A stretch of DNA of 63,417 bases, filler included, from Chiloscyllium plagiosum (GCF_004010195.1; 4 parts of one record of this genome joined end to end with filler, not necessarily neighbours in it); one strand, 5' to 3'; shown: positions 51,776 through 63,417, numbered from the whole stretch's first letter. Notes: a model not told the origin generated them from the sequence alone. Made by a program: numbers and translations.

Positions 51776-52548
51776 TCAGAAATGTTTTAGTCTCAAATCT
51801 GAGTATTCGTATGCTGTTCTTTGCTCATTAGTTTGACATACAAAAGGTATACCCAACACCATCTTTCCACAATGACAAAGTGTATGCAAGAGGGCAGTTT
51901 TCCAGCACTATATTAAATTGGCTGCAAAATTGCTGTCAAAAGTAATAATGAGCTTATTAGACTCATAGACTGGCTACAACATGAAAGGGGCCAATTTTTC
52001 CCATTGTATCACTGTTGACTCTCTGCAAAAGACACTTCATGAGTCCTATTCTCCAGCCGTTTCCCTATTGTTCTTGTTGTTATTCATATGGAAATATCAC
52101 AATAATATCAGTCAGAGGCAGGTACTCCAATGAACTCAGAAATCCTAACTGCTCCCAGAAGGACCAGTTCCACCACAGAACACACCAGATGGCTTCCTTC
52201 TTTAGAATTTCCCTTCCCACGTGGTTAAAGATGCCCTCCAACGCATCTCGTCCACATCCCGCACCTCCGCCCTCAGACCCCACCCCTCCAACCGTAACAA
52301 GGACAGAACACCCCTAGTGCCACCCTACCAACCTTCGCATAAACCAAATCATTGGCCGACATTTCCGCCACCTCCAAAAAGATCCCACCACCAGGGATAT
52401 GTTTCCCTCCCCACCCCTTTCCGCCTTCCGCAAAGACCGTTCCCTCCGTGACTATTTGGTCAGGTCCCCGCCCCCCTACAACCCACCCTCCCATCCTGGC
52501 ACTTTCCCCTGCCACTGCAGGAACTGTAAAACCTGTGCCCACACCTCC

Positions 52549-52875
52549 NNNNNNNNNNNNNNNNNNNNNNNNNNNNNNNNNNNNNNNNNNNNNNNNNNNN
52601 NNNNNNNNNNNNNNNNNNNNNNNNNNNNNNNNNNNNNNNNNNNNNNNNNNNNNNNNNNNNNNNNNNNNNNNNNNNNNNNNNNNNNNNNNNNNNNNNNNNN
52701 NNNNNNNNNNNNNNNNNNNNNNNNNNNNNNNNNNNNNNNNNNNNNNNNNNNNNNNNNNNNNNNNNNNNNNNNNNNNNNNNNNNNNNNNNNNNNNNNNNNN
52801 NNNNNNNNNNNNNNNNNNNNNNNNNNNNNNNNNNNNNNNNNNNNNNNNNNNNNNNNNNNNNNNNNNNNNNNNNNN
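52549..52875. other. Sized assembly gap (327 N)
   Basis: Run of N with no linker. Confidence 0.95.
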
Positions 52876-52978
52876 TCTCCTCCCCCACTCACCCATTGTA
52901 CTCTATGCTGCTCTCTCCCCACCCCCATCTCCACCCTCCTCTAGCTTATCTCTCCACGCTTCAGGCTCTCTGCCTTTA

Positions 52979-53011
52979 TTCCTGATGAAGGGCTTTTGCC
53001 CGAAACGTTGA
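52979..53011 (+). ncRNA. Minimal type I hammerhead ribozyme motif
   Basis: TC CTGATGA A GGGC TTTT GCCC GAAA CGTT GA. Confidence 0.65.
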
Positions 53012-54829
53012 TTTCGCTGCTCGTTGGATGCTGCCTGAATTGCTGTGCTCTTCCAGCACCACTGATCCAGAATCCTAACTTATAGCTGAGAGGAAGCAAC
53101 CTGCCTTCGAGACCATGTGGGTAGGCATAACTGGAAGGGGAAATTGAAGTGAACAGTAGGAGTGTGGTGCCTCACTTATAGGTACAGTGCTGCAAGAAAC
53201 TCTGTTAGAGCAGAAAAAGTGAATTTAAAAAAATCTCATTCCCGACTCTGAATTGCCCAGCCTGGACAACATTGCTCTGACCAACACAACTCGCAACTGC
53301 ATATATGCACTGCAGGTGAATCAGCTTGTTCACATGTATTGTGACACACCTCTGGAGCAGATGGGACTTAAATTCAGACCTTCTGGCTAAAAGGTGAGAA
53401 TATTACACAGAGTCACAAGATGCTGCCTGTATCTCTGATGGTAATTGACCAATTACAGAATAGTTTCAGCCAATGCCTCCCCAGCGTGCTCATCAGTTCC
53501 TGAATTAAATTGACTACAAAAGTGGTATGTGCAAAAGTAAATTACATTTAACTTCCTCCTAAAACCAGAAAACATGTTTCTCATTTGGTGTCAGACATTA
53601 AAGAACAGTTTTTATTTATGATGAAATGGTCAAACGTTTCCTCAAAATCAATGAACATTAGGAAATATGGAGATCAAGTATGCTTAGACCTATTAAATAT
53701 AGAATTCATTCAATAGTCTTACAAATACAGTGCTTCAACCACAGCCAACTCAAATATTGTGAACTCTGTGCAGTTTTATTATACAATTATAAACAAAGTT
53801 TCCTTACAGTTTATATTTTTCTCTTTCCCCATTATGTGATAAAGGGAAGTTACATATCACATTCTTACAATGAATCATAAAACCAGCTTCATGTAAAGAA
53901 ATCTTAATCACATTCTATACCTCATTAATACTTTGTTAATAAGCTGCTTTTCTCAATAAAGCAGTATTTTTCCATGGTCTAATGAAATCAATATAACTCC
54001 TGATTCTATTATCTTTTCACAGATTTCTCACTTATTACATTTAATTGCTGTTCCACAAGTGAAACTGCTAATTATATGACTGCTTGCAGCTTATTATCAT
54101 TCAGTAGTTGATAACTTCATATTAAAATTTGCCAATGTTGCATGGGGGGGCAACCTCAGTTTAAAGGTTAAGCGGTTGTTATCTTAGTACATAACATTGA
54201 AACTATTTTAAGCCATTACAACTTAAGAAATATTTCAATAGCAAGTAAAGGATAAAAGCAAATATTCTGACAATCTAATATCAGATCAATTGCACTTTTT
54301 GTAATTTATTAATATTTATGTGAAATAGGGAATAGGGAATAGCCTCCTGTACATTAATTTTTCAAATCAAAATTAAGATTGGAAAAAATGCATACGTGTG
54401 GCTATATTGATATCTCCTGTGTTAAGAACATAGAATTAGGAGCAGGAACAAACAATGCAACCTGCTCTGCCATTCAATACAATAATGGCTAATCGTAGGT
54501 TTTAATGTCACTTTCTGCCCAATGCCATCTTCATTGATTGCCTGAGAGACCAAAAATCTGTTTATCCCAGCCTTAAATACATCCAGCAAAGGAGATACAA
54601 TGACCTTCTTTAGCAGGAAATCTGATTTACAACACCCGAGGGAAGAAATTTCTTCTTAGTTAAATCGTAAAAAAAGAGCAGCCCCTCATCCTATAACTGT
54701 AGCCCAGTGCCCTAGATTCCCCAGCAAATGGTAACAAAGGGCAGGGTTTTCTGAGGAGTGGAATCTTATGCAGATAATATTACTGTTTTTTTAAAAAATG
54801 AAAGAAGGGAGCTTTGCATTTCCTAGAAT

Positions 54830-55106
54830 GTAGAACAGCACAGGACAGGCTCTTTAGCCCACCGTGTCTGCGCTGACCATGATGCCATTCTAAACTGATC
54901 CCATTTGCTTCCACATGATCTGATCCTTCCACTCCATACCCTTTCATATGTCTGTCTAAATGCCTCTTAAACGTTGATATAATCTCTGCTTCTACCACCT
55001 CCTCTGGCAGTACATTTTTGGCAAGTAACCCCCTCTATGTAAAAAAAAGCTTGCCTTGCAAAATCTAAGCGAGAGGGGGAAAAGTTTAACGGAGATGTGC
55101 AAGACA
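54830..55106 (-). mobile_element. Old CR1 3' end with a terminal fold-back
   Basis: VEAEIISTFKRHLDRHM; about 55066-55106 is in the opposite orientation. Confidence 0.75.
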
Positions 55107-57014
55107 TTTCTGACAGGGGATTCCACTAAAGTCTCCCTCAGAAATGTGGAGGCATGATGGTGGGTTGTCACACTGGGTCCAGTGACAGTGGAGGGGCTTA
55201 GGTCAGCTCCAGTCCAGCTGGAAGGAAGGGGGTCAGGCACTGGAGGTTGGTGGTAGAGAGACCAGGTATTGTCCCCAGCTGGAGGCTTTCATAGGGTTTC
55301 AGGCATTGAGAAATTACACAGTGGGAAATAAAATTTCCCTGGCAATTCCTGCAGTGTGTGCTATGTGGGCATTCCACAGGGTCCACAAGCACATCGCGGA
55401 TCTACACTGGTACAATGACTGTCTGACAAATGCAAAGTCCAGGCCATTACCTTACAGTCTGCTTTGTAAATTCCTTTCATAAATACCTTCTGATCAACAT
55501 GTTCAGAGATCTTATTATGCACCACTAAAATAGGTGCAACTTGAAGCCAGGTTTCCTGGCTCAGAGGTAGGGACACTGCCACTGCACCACAAGCTCGAAA
55601 GAATATATCCCCAGCGAGCCTGCCCATTCCTAATCCACATGTACCTTCCAACAACATGCTCAGAAAAAAGCAGATCAGGTTTGACATATGTACGACTAAT
55701 TCTCAACTATGCTCAACAACATCACTCTCGACCTGTTTGATGCTTTTAATTTGCTTGACTATTTGTCTGACATCAGGCATTGAATGAGCAGAAACATTCT
55801 CCAATAAAGAAATTGACAGGCTGCTCAGAGTACTGAGCACTTCCTAGGAAAGCTATTGAGCTTCTTCCTCAGCTTCGTCCCTTCGAGTAAACATTTGTGT
55901 CCTCTGAAGCAGAGCAATCGTTCTGCCAAATTGCAGCTTTGGAACATGGTCCTTTTCATCAATTTCCACATGAGAATTTCTTAGCAGCTGGGAACTGAAG
56001 AGAAAAAAAGAACTCTTAAAAGGCTAAATACTGCAATGCTAAGCAGAAATTGCCAAAAACGATCAGCTGATCTGTTAACAACTGAAGAAAGGACAAGATC
56101 ATGTTTCTTCAAATTGCCCAATTCAGATGTTAAAGATTATTATAATTACCAAGATTCTGGATTCTAATGATGACAATTTCATTTGGGCATTTGTAACAAA
56201 GTATAACATAAAAATAAAATTGTTCTTTGCATATGACTATAATTATATTGCCTTGCACTGGCTATAACACAGCAATTAGAACTCTTTCAAAACACTAAAA
56301 TTAAACTTTCCACTACTTTCAATTCCTCAGACTTCAATGAGTTTGTGGTGAACAGAAATTACTCAATATTTTGCTCTTGTAAAGCTTGGCAACAGAAAGG
56401 AAATTAAGGAAATGAGCTTCCTTAACAATGGAGATGCCATTTTACATGTCAGATGTTACCTTGGAGGGGGGATAATGACCATGAATCCTACCACAGTTTG
56501 AAGAGAAAAACGTAAGTCCCAACTCCATCACAAAATTTAGAATTTCTGAGTGGAGGCCATTGTTGAAGCTATTTACCTGATTGGAGTTAGTTAAAGTTTC
56601 CCAGGTCACTTACCAAGTCTGGAGTCATCAGGAGCTGATATGTAATGAATTTCATGTGTTTTCCTGAGCTAGAAGCAGAGGCAACAATCCCAAACCTGTA
56701 GAGGTTTGTTTGACTTATGCATAATAGACACCTCTGATGTTTACAGGACTCAACTGCAATTATTTCTAAGTGACCTGAGCGACATGCGTGAGCAAGTTTT
56801 GTCTTTACTCACCTTGTGCGGCCAAGAGGAGCAGAGTGTGCTCCCAAACTCCACTGGAAACAATAGGCCTCCCTAATGGAGTATTACACCCCCCTTACAT
56901 GTATTATCATTGTCGTGTTTATCATGTGTAGTCAAAAATGGTTATGACATCCATAAGAATTCATTCACTTAAGTTTCAGGTGTAATAAATTTGAATATGG
57001 CTAAATTTAAACAT

Positions 57015-57238
57015 TGAAAGAACTACAGATGCTGGAAATCGGAAACAAGAACAGAAATTATTGGAACAACTCAGCAAGTTCTGTGAAGAGAAGTCAGAGT
57101 TAACATTTCAGGTCCAGTGACCCTACTTCTGAATAGTTCTGAAGGAGGGTCACTGGACCCGAAATGTTAACTCTGCTTTCGCTCCACCAATGCTGCCAGA
57201 CCTACTGAGTTTTTCTAGCAATTTCTGTTTTTGTTTCG
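57015..57238. mobile_element. Older hairpin element of inverted PLE pLTR copies
   Basis: Arms GAAACAAGAACAGAAATT...CAGAGTTAACATTTCAGGTCCAGTGACCCT and AGGGTCACTGGACCCGAAATGTTAACTCTG...AATTTCTGTTTTTGTTTC. Confidence 0.8.
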
Positions 57239-57289
57239 AACATGTCTAATTTTGAGCCCAGAATTTTCTTTTGCATGTTAGACACCGAT

Positions 57290-57700
57290 GTTGGTGCTGA
57301 AGACATCCTTATGGACTTGAAATTGCAAAGCTCGTATCTTCTGTCGGCCAGTGAACACAGTTCCATTCACAAGATATAGTTGAGAGCACTGCATTATGTA
57401 GAGTGATCCTGTGTAAGGTTCTCCCGTGGCTCAAGAATAACATAGAAACTCGTTACTGACATATTCAGAGTGAGCTTCATGCATCTTTTCAGGACTTCAT
57501 GTGTACACTTCCTATGTATTAGTTTGCTGTAAATGAGCTTTCTTGGTATACAGTCATGAAGCTTTCTGCCGACATGACCTTTCCACCTTTCTGCAGCACT
57601 TTTCAGAAAAACATTGATGCTACAAGTTGGTCGGGGAGAAACATTGTACAAGAAACTTTGTCTTACTTTCTCAGCTTGAGTGGTCTTCACAAACATGTTA
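57290..57700 (-). mobile_element. RTE-clade LINE 3' fragment
   Basis: RWKGHVGRKLHDCIPRKLIYSKL resembles the RTE C-terminal LRWxGHVxRMxDxRxPKxxLYxEL. Confidence 0.7.
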
Positions 57701-58129
57701 TTTGAAAGTAGTGTAAGTTATTTGCGTGCCTGCAATAAACTGTCCTCATCTCTCAAGCCTAAAAGAGAATGGAAGAACAACGACCCGGCATACCTTCACT
57801 ACTGTTGAGAGACTAACTCCTCTTTAGTCAGTTTCACAGGTAGGAGGGATCACATCTGGAGTGAGACACAGCCCGAGTGTTTCTATACTTGGGGGACTTT
57901 GGAGGCAGCATAAACATTTTGTACAGAAAGGAAGAGGTGCTTTTTGCTTGCTGTTTTGGTTCATAGTTAGGTTTCTTTTTCAAAACAGAATAAAATGAAG
58001 TCCAGGATCAGGGACCTAACACAAAAGAGAGTGACATCAATGGAAGACTGTAAGTTCATTGGTTAGTAATAACTGCTAATGTAACTATCCAGTCTAAATT
58101 GTAGACAAATAAGAGAAATATTTATAGAT

Positions 58130-59450
58130 TACAAACTAAAAGGCCATTAGGAAATTTTTAAAAATCAGATTAAGAACTGAGTAAATATGATAGAGTTGCA
58201 GGGCCAGGTAATGTGTTGCATGTGAATAATGTGGAAGCTGGTTCCCCCCCATTGTGGTTCATATTGACCACATCTGAAGCAAGTCTTGGTGGCTTGAGGA
58301 AGTCCTGCTCAGATTTAACATGCTGGAGTCTGAGCTGTGACATATCAGGGAGGGGGAGTGTTGCCAAGACAGTGTGCTTCAGGAGGTAGTCACACCCTTT
58401 AGATTAATTACCTCAAATTTGGTCAGTGGTTAGGGACAGGAAGATGTGACTATGAGCGAGGCAAGTAGAAGGATCCAGGAGGTAGTGCTGAAGGAGTTTC
58501 AGCCCTTGAGTTTACCTAAGAGGTTTGATATTCTTGCTCCCAGTGTGGATGGGAGTGGGAGCTTTAGGAAGGATTTGCTAACTGACCATAGCACAGTGGT
58601 ACAGGAAGCCATTCAAGAAGAGAGAAATGCAGTTGTAATCAGGATAACTATAGTCAGGGAAATAGACACTTTTCTCCATGGCTAAGATCAAGAGTTCCGA
58701 AAGCTGGATTGCCTGTTAAGTGCCAGGGTTCAGGAAATCTGCAGAGGAACTGGGATCAGGAGGGGAAAGATCCAGTTGCCATGGTCCACATAGGTATCAA
58801 TGCTGTAGGAGGAAAGAGAAAAGAGGTTCTGCTGAGGGAATACTCGCAGCTAAAGAATAAATTAAAAAGCAGAAGCAAAAAGGTAATAATCTCTGAGCTA
58901 ACTGGCACAAGGCTAACAAGATTAAAAAGGTAAACATGTGGCTTAAAGATTGCTGTGGGAGAAATAGGTTCGAATTTATGGGACATTTGCATCAGGGTGG
59001 GGGAAGGAGGGAGCTGTTCCAGTAGGATGGGCTCCACTTGAATCGCGCTGGGTCCAGAGTCCTGGTAATTGCATAAGTAAGGCTGTGGACAGGGTTTCAA
59101 ACTAAATAGTTGGGAGAGGTATGATGTTGAGGAGTGGGGGAGGTTCAATTTCAATGAAAATTATGGAAAAAGTTAAAGGTGAAGAAAGCTCAGGAAAGGT
59201 TAAAGTTTCCAGAATAAGTAATAAGACAGTGAGTATGGAAGAGCTCAGGAATCGAACTTCAGACACATTCAGGGGACAACAATGAGAAGGGGACAGTTAA
59301 TGCAGGACCAAGGATGCTATACTTAAATATGGGTACGATATGAAATAAGGTAACTGAGCTTGTACCGTAGATTGAAGTTGTCAGGTACAATGCTGTGGGT
59401 ATCATAGAGATGTGGCTGCAAGGGGATCAGGGCTAGGAACTAAATATACA
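58130..59450 (+). mobile_element. Old CR1 ORF1 to ORF2 start, decayed
   Basis: AVVIRITIVR (GDSIVR-like), VAMVHIGIN, KSRSKKVIISEL, DGLHLN at about 59025, IIEMWL at 59401. Confidence 0.75.
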
Positions 59451-59464
59451 ACAACAGGCAGATG

Positions 59465-59654
59465 GACAGAGAGGTAAAAACAATGACTGCAGATGCTGGA
59501 AACCAGATTCTGGATCAATGGTGCAGGAAGAGCACAGCGGTTCAGGCAGCTTCCGACGAGCTTCAGCAAAATCGACGTTTCGGGCAAAAACCCTTCATCA
59601 GGAATAAAGGCAGAGAGCCTGAAGCGTGGAGAGATAAGCTAGAGGAGGGTGGGG
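59465..59654 (-). mobile_element. PLE 3' end (pLTR) running into the gap
   Basis: Reverse-complement homolog of 52920-53070. Confidence 0.85.
59572..59604 (-). ncRNA. Minimal type I hammerhead ribozyme motif
   Basis: Reverse complement: TTC CTGATGA A GGGT TTTT GCCC GAAA CGTC GA. Confidence 0.65.
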
Positions 59655-59754
59655 NNNNNNNNNNNNNNNNNNNNNNNNNNNNNNNNNNNNNNNNNNNNTT
59701 AATTAATTAANNNNNNNNNNNNNNNNNNNNNNNNNNNNNNNNNNNNNNNNNNNN
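59655..59754. other. Scaffold gap with artificial linker
   Basis: 44N-TTAATTAATTAA-44N. Confidence 0.95.
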
Positions 59755-59944
59755 TTCTGTTGGCACAGATTCTATGCTCCTGTGAGTGTATGGTGTGGAA
59801 TGTCAATCATTGAGCAGCTTAAGGCAGGAATCGATGGGTTTCAGAAGAGTATATTCACAAGGGTTATAAGAGTGAACTGTAATAGCTTGTCAAATTATGT
59901 CAATGTGAGAAATATCAGAAAACACGTGCAGCTTCCTTACAGTT

Positions 59945-60183
59945 TATAGCTTTAAATTAAGGGGGGTAGATATAGGACTGAAGTTGGGGTAGGTTCTTCA
60001 CTCAGCGAGTCGTGAGTTCATGGAATGCCCTGCCAGTAGCAGTGGTGGACTCTCCCTCTTTATGGGCATTTAAGCGGGCATTGGATAGGTATATGGAGGA
60101 TAGTGAGTTAGTATAGGTTAGGTGGGCTTGGATCGGCGCAACATCGAGGGCCAAAGGGCCTGTACTGCACTGTATTCTTCTAT
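59945..60183 (+). mobile_element. CR1 3' end
   Basis: FFTQRVVSSWNALP; same subfamily as 20914-21265. Confidence 0.9.
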
Positions 60184-61350
60184 ATGTGAGCCCAGGCTCC
60201 CACCTCCCACCACCAAATAGTATCAAGGTGCGCCTGGATTCAGAAAACTGGATTCCAAAAGGACTTGGAAGGACTCCAAAATAATCCTTTTACACCATCA
60301 TCCCAGTCATCCCAAAAACACCAGCCTTAACATTGTGCACACCTCGCCAGCTTTGCTTCTCTTTTATGTTAAAATTCATTCCTCACTTAATTTTCTCTCA
60401 TTCTTCTTCGTGTCCCAAAACTATGCTCTTTTAAAATTGTGCCCACTCATATTGTTATATTTTACCTGAATCGTGATTAAAATATGAAACTGTAAATGCA
60501 CAGTGATCACTAAAATGATGCACACTCCATAAATGACCTGCTTAAAAAAAAGGTTTACTGGCTTTTAGTGTAACTGGATTTCAGAAAGAAAGGTAAGGTT
60601 GCTTGGAATTATGCAGAAGGATTATCAAATCATCTTTATCATCTGCTTCTGCAGGTAAAGTTACTTCTGGACTTTGTGAAAACGAGATCTATGCACATCA
60701 CCGTACACAAAATGCTCAACTGATCCTGTGTGACTTTGAATGTTCATCGTTTCACACAGGGGTCTGGTTTGCAGTGCATAATTGCAACAGAATGTGAGTG
60801 AGAGAGGGTGGATAAGGAGTCAGGCTGTTTAGAGAGCTTGCATCAGCTCTCTTGCACAACAGCCCAACTCCCAATATTGCTTAAAGGCTCTCCATCCCTC
60901 ACCCCAACCAGCCCATTGCCAATCTACACCATCTCTATGACACCTGCCATTTCATTCTCCTATACTATCCCATTCCAGCTCTATAGTTCTATAAATGTCT
61001 CAAAAACTCCATATATCGTCTATAGCTACAAACCCAGAATGCATGATGCACAGTTCTTCAGAGTCATACAATGAGAATAATTGGAAATAAAAAACCTCGA
61101 ACCATCTCAGTCCTAATTTAAAAAAAAATGATTCTTTCATAAGACATAGGCATTGCTGGCTGGTCAGCACTTACTGCCAAGTTCCATCTATTCCCATCCC
61201 TAGAACCTGTCGAGAAGGTAATGATGATCTACCCTCTTATGGTGCTGCAGTCCATTTGTATAGATACATCCACTATGCTGTCAGGGAGGGAGTTCCGGGA
61301 TTTTAACCCAGCAACACTAATGGAAAGGTGATATCTTCCCAAGTCAGGAT

Positions 61351-61589
61351 GATTTGGCGATGCCGGTGTTAGACTGGGGTGTACAAAGTTAAAAATCACA
61401 TAACACCAGGTTGTAGTCCAACAAGTTTAATTGGAAGCACACTAGCTTTCGGAGCGACGCTCCTTCATCGGTGATAGTGGAGGGCTCGATTGAGCCCTCC
61501 ACTATCACCTGATGAAGGAGCGTCGCTCCGAAAGCTAGTGTGCTTCCAATTAAACCTGTTGAACTACAACCTGGTGTTGTGTGATTTTT
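61351..61589. mobile_element. 239-bp hairpin element made of inverted PLE pLTR copies, 10-bp TSD
   Basis: Arms of about 100 bp (61389-61591) centred on CTCGATTGAG; AAGTCAGGAT at 61341-61350 and 61590-61599; homologous to the pLTR at 7625-7745. Confidence 0.9.
61506..61540 (+). ncRNA. Minimal type I hammerhead ribozyme motif
   Basis: CAC CTGATGA A GGAGC GTC GCTCC GAAA GCTA GTG: stem I CAC/GTG, 5-bp stem II, palindromic AGCT, UH site CUA. Confidence 0.75.
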
Positions 61590-62496
61590 AAGTCAGGATA
61601 GTGAGTGATGGAAACTTGTAGGTGGTGGTACTCCCATATATTGACTGTCCTTGTCCTTGTAGATGGTAACGTTCATGGTTTTGGAACTATGGAGCCTTGG
61701 TGAATTTTTGTAGTGTGCATCTTGGAAATGTTACACACTGCTACTATTGAGTATTGGTGATAGAGGGTGTGGATATTTGTGGATGTGGTACCAAACAGGG
61801 AGCAGCTTTATCCTGGATGGTGTCAAGCTTCTTGAATGTTGTTAGAGTTGCACTCATCCAGGCAAATGGGGAGTATTCCATCACACTTCTGTTTTGTACC
61901 TGGTAGATAGTGAATGGGTTTTCGGGAGTCAAGACATGAGTCACTTTCTGCAGTATTCCTAGCTTCTGACTTGTTTTTATAGCTACAGTACTCTTGTGAT
62001 TAGTACTGTTCAGTTTCTTGTCAATGGTAACCCCAAGATGTTGATAGTGGGAGATTCAGTGATAGTGAGACTACTGAATGTCAAAGGGTCATATTTACTT
62101 CTCCCATGTTGGAGATGATCATTGTCTTGTACTTGTGTGATGTGAATGTTATTTGCCAATTTTCACCTGAAGCCTGAATACTTCCAAGGTCTTGCTGCTT
62201 TTGGGCAAGGACAGCTTCAGCATCTGTGGGGTCATGAATAACACTGAGTATTATTTGGTGATATCTGCACATCTTCACTTCTGACCTTATGCTGGAGGGA
62301 AGGTCATGGATAAAGCAGCTGATGTTGATTGGGCCCAGGAACTATACTGTGGAACTCCCGCAGAGATGTTTAACAGATTGGGACTCTCTATTCATTGGAT
62401 TTAAAAGAACGAGGGATGATCTCATTGAAACATAGGGATTTTTTCAGGACTTTTACAGGGCTTGACAGAGTAGATGCTGAGAAGATGTTTCCCTTA

Positions 62497-63370
62497 GAAC
62501 ATAACATAGAACATAGAACAATACAGCACAGAACAGGCCCTTCGGCCCACGATGTTGTGCCGAACTTCTAACCTAGATTAAGTACCCATCCATGTACCTA
62601 CCCAAATGCCGCTTAAAGGTCGCCAATGATCCCGACTCTACCACTCCCACGGGCAGCGCATTCCATGCCCCAACACTCTCTGGGTAAAGATCCCACCCCT
62701 GACATCTCCCCTATACCTTCCACCCTTCACCTTAAATTTATGTCCCCTTGTAACACTCTGTTGTACCCGGGGAAAAAGTTTCTGACTGTCTACTCTATCT
62801 ATTCCCCTGATCATCTTATAAACCTCTATCAAGTCACCCCTCATCCTTCGCCGTTCCAACAAGAAAAGGCCTAGCACTCTCAACCTATCCTCATACGACC
62901 TATTCTCCATTCCAGGCAAAATCCTGGTAAATCTTCTCTGCACCCTCTCCAAAGCTTCCACATCCTTCCTAAAGTGAGGCGACCAGAACTGCACACAGTA
63001 CTCCAACTGTGGCCTAACCAAAGTCCTGTACAGCTGCAACATCACTTCACGACTCTTGAATTCAATCCCTCTGCTAATGAACGATAATACTCCATAGACC
63101 TTCTTACAAACTCTATCCACCTGAGTGGCAACCTTCAAAGAACTATGTACATAGACCCCAAGATCCCTCTGTTCCTCCACCTGACTAAGAACCCTACCAT
63201 TAACCCTGTATTCCGCATTCTTATTTGTCTTTCCAAAATGGACAACCTCACACTTGGCAGGGTTGAACTCCATCTGCCACTCCTCAGCCCAGCTCTGCAT
63301 CATATCCAAGTCCCTTTGCAGGCGACAAGAGCCCTCCTCACTATCCACAACTCCACCAATCTTCGTATCA
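62497..63370 (-). mobile_element. Young 5'-truncated CR1 with an open RT C-terminal frame
   Basis: DTKIGGVVD...LQRDLD...LYRTLVRPQLEYCVQFWSP...RRRMRGDLIEVYKMI...FTQRV; (AGAACAT)n tail. Confidence 0.95.
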
Positions 63371-63417
63371 TAAAGTAAACATAACAGAATTGTGATCGCT
63401 ATCACCAAAGTGCTCAC

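Larger units (their letters stand above)
52151..53070 (+). mobile_element. Penelope-like element 3' part with pLTR, spanning an N gap; 10-bp TSD
   Basis: VKDALQRISSTSRTSAL, FPSPPLSAFRKDRSLRDYLV, GTFPCHCRNCKTC (Cys linker before GIY-YIG); AATCCTAACT at 52141-52150 and 53071-53080. Confidence 0.85.
61120..62368 (-). mobile_element. Family-B CR1/L2-group LINE 3' region
   Basis: QQDLGSIQASGENWQITF...KTMIIS and TIYQVQNRSVMEYSPFAWMSATLTTFKKLDTIQDKAA. Confidence 0.8.

Noticed and set aside
52273..53011. Long ORFs across 52549-52875
   Set aside because: Artefacts of translating through N.
56813..56853. Minus-strand 41-nt exon with an AAG|GTGAGT donor
   Set aside because: Lies in a CpG-containing stretch that looks like an old interspersed repeat; all frames are uninformative.
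60655..60793. Plus-strand exon GKVTSGLCENEIYAHH...
   Set aside because: Plausible splice sites but several competing acceptors and donors, and no recognisable homology.

Overview
Eukaryotic, AT-rich, repeat-dense genomic DNA with no host gene I can name. The repeat content (CR1 LINEs with short-repeat tails, HE1/V-SINE-type tRNA SINEs, Penelope-like elements, Rex1/Babar, RTE, Harbinger fossils) suggests a cartilaginous fish, probably a shark; this is inference from family recognition, with no database search. Nearly all ORFs in the supplied track are retroelement debris or chance. There are three 100-bp scaffold gaps with an artificial TTAATTAATTAA linker and one 327-N gap, so adjacency across gaps is uncertain. 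Most notable: (1) minimal hammerhead-ribozyme cores (CTGANGA, hairpin, GAAA, palindromic 4-mer) recur in about four Penelope terminal-repeat families with covarying stems; (2) short ORF-less hairpin elements made only of these terminal repeats are inserted with 10-16 bp target-site duplications; (3) an exact 44-bp local templated insertion inside a CR1; (4) repeated fold-back inversions; (5) a CR1 5' UTR built from ~192-bp CpG-rich monomers; (6) a 27-bp x ~59 minisatellite; (7) a Harbinger > Penelope > Rex nest; (8) weak, unassigned exon candidates on both strands. Boundaries of old repeats are approximate (tens of bp).
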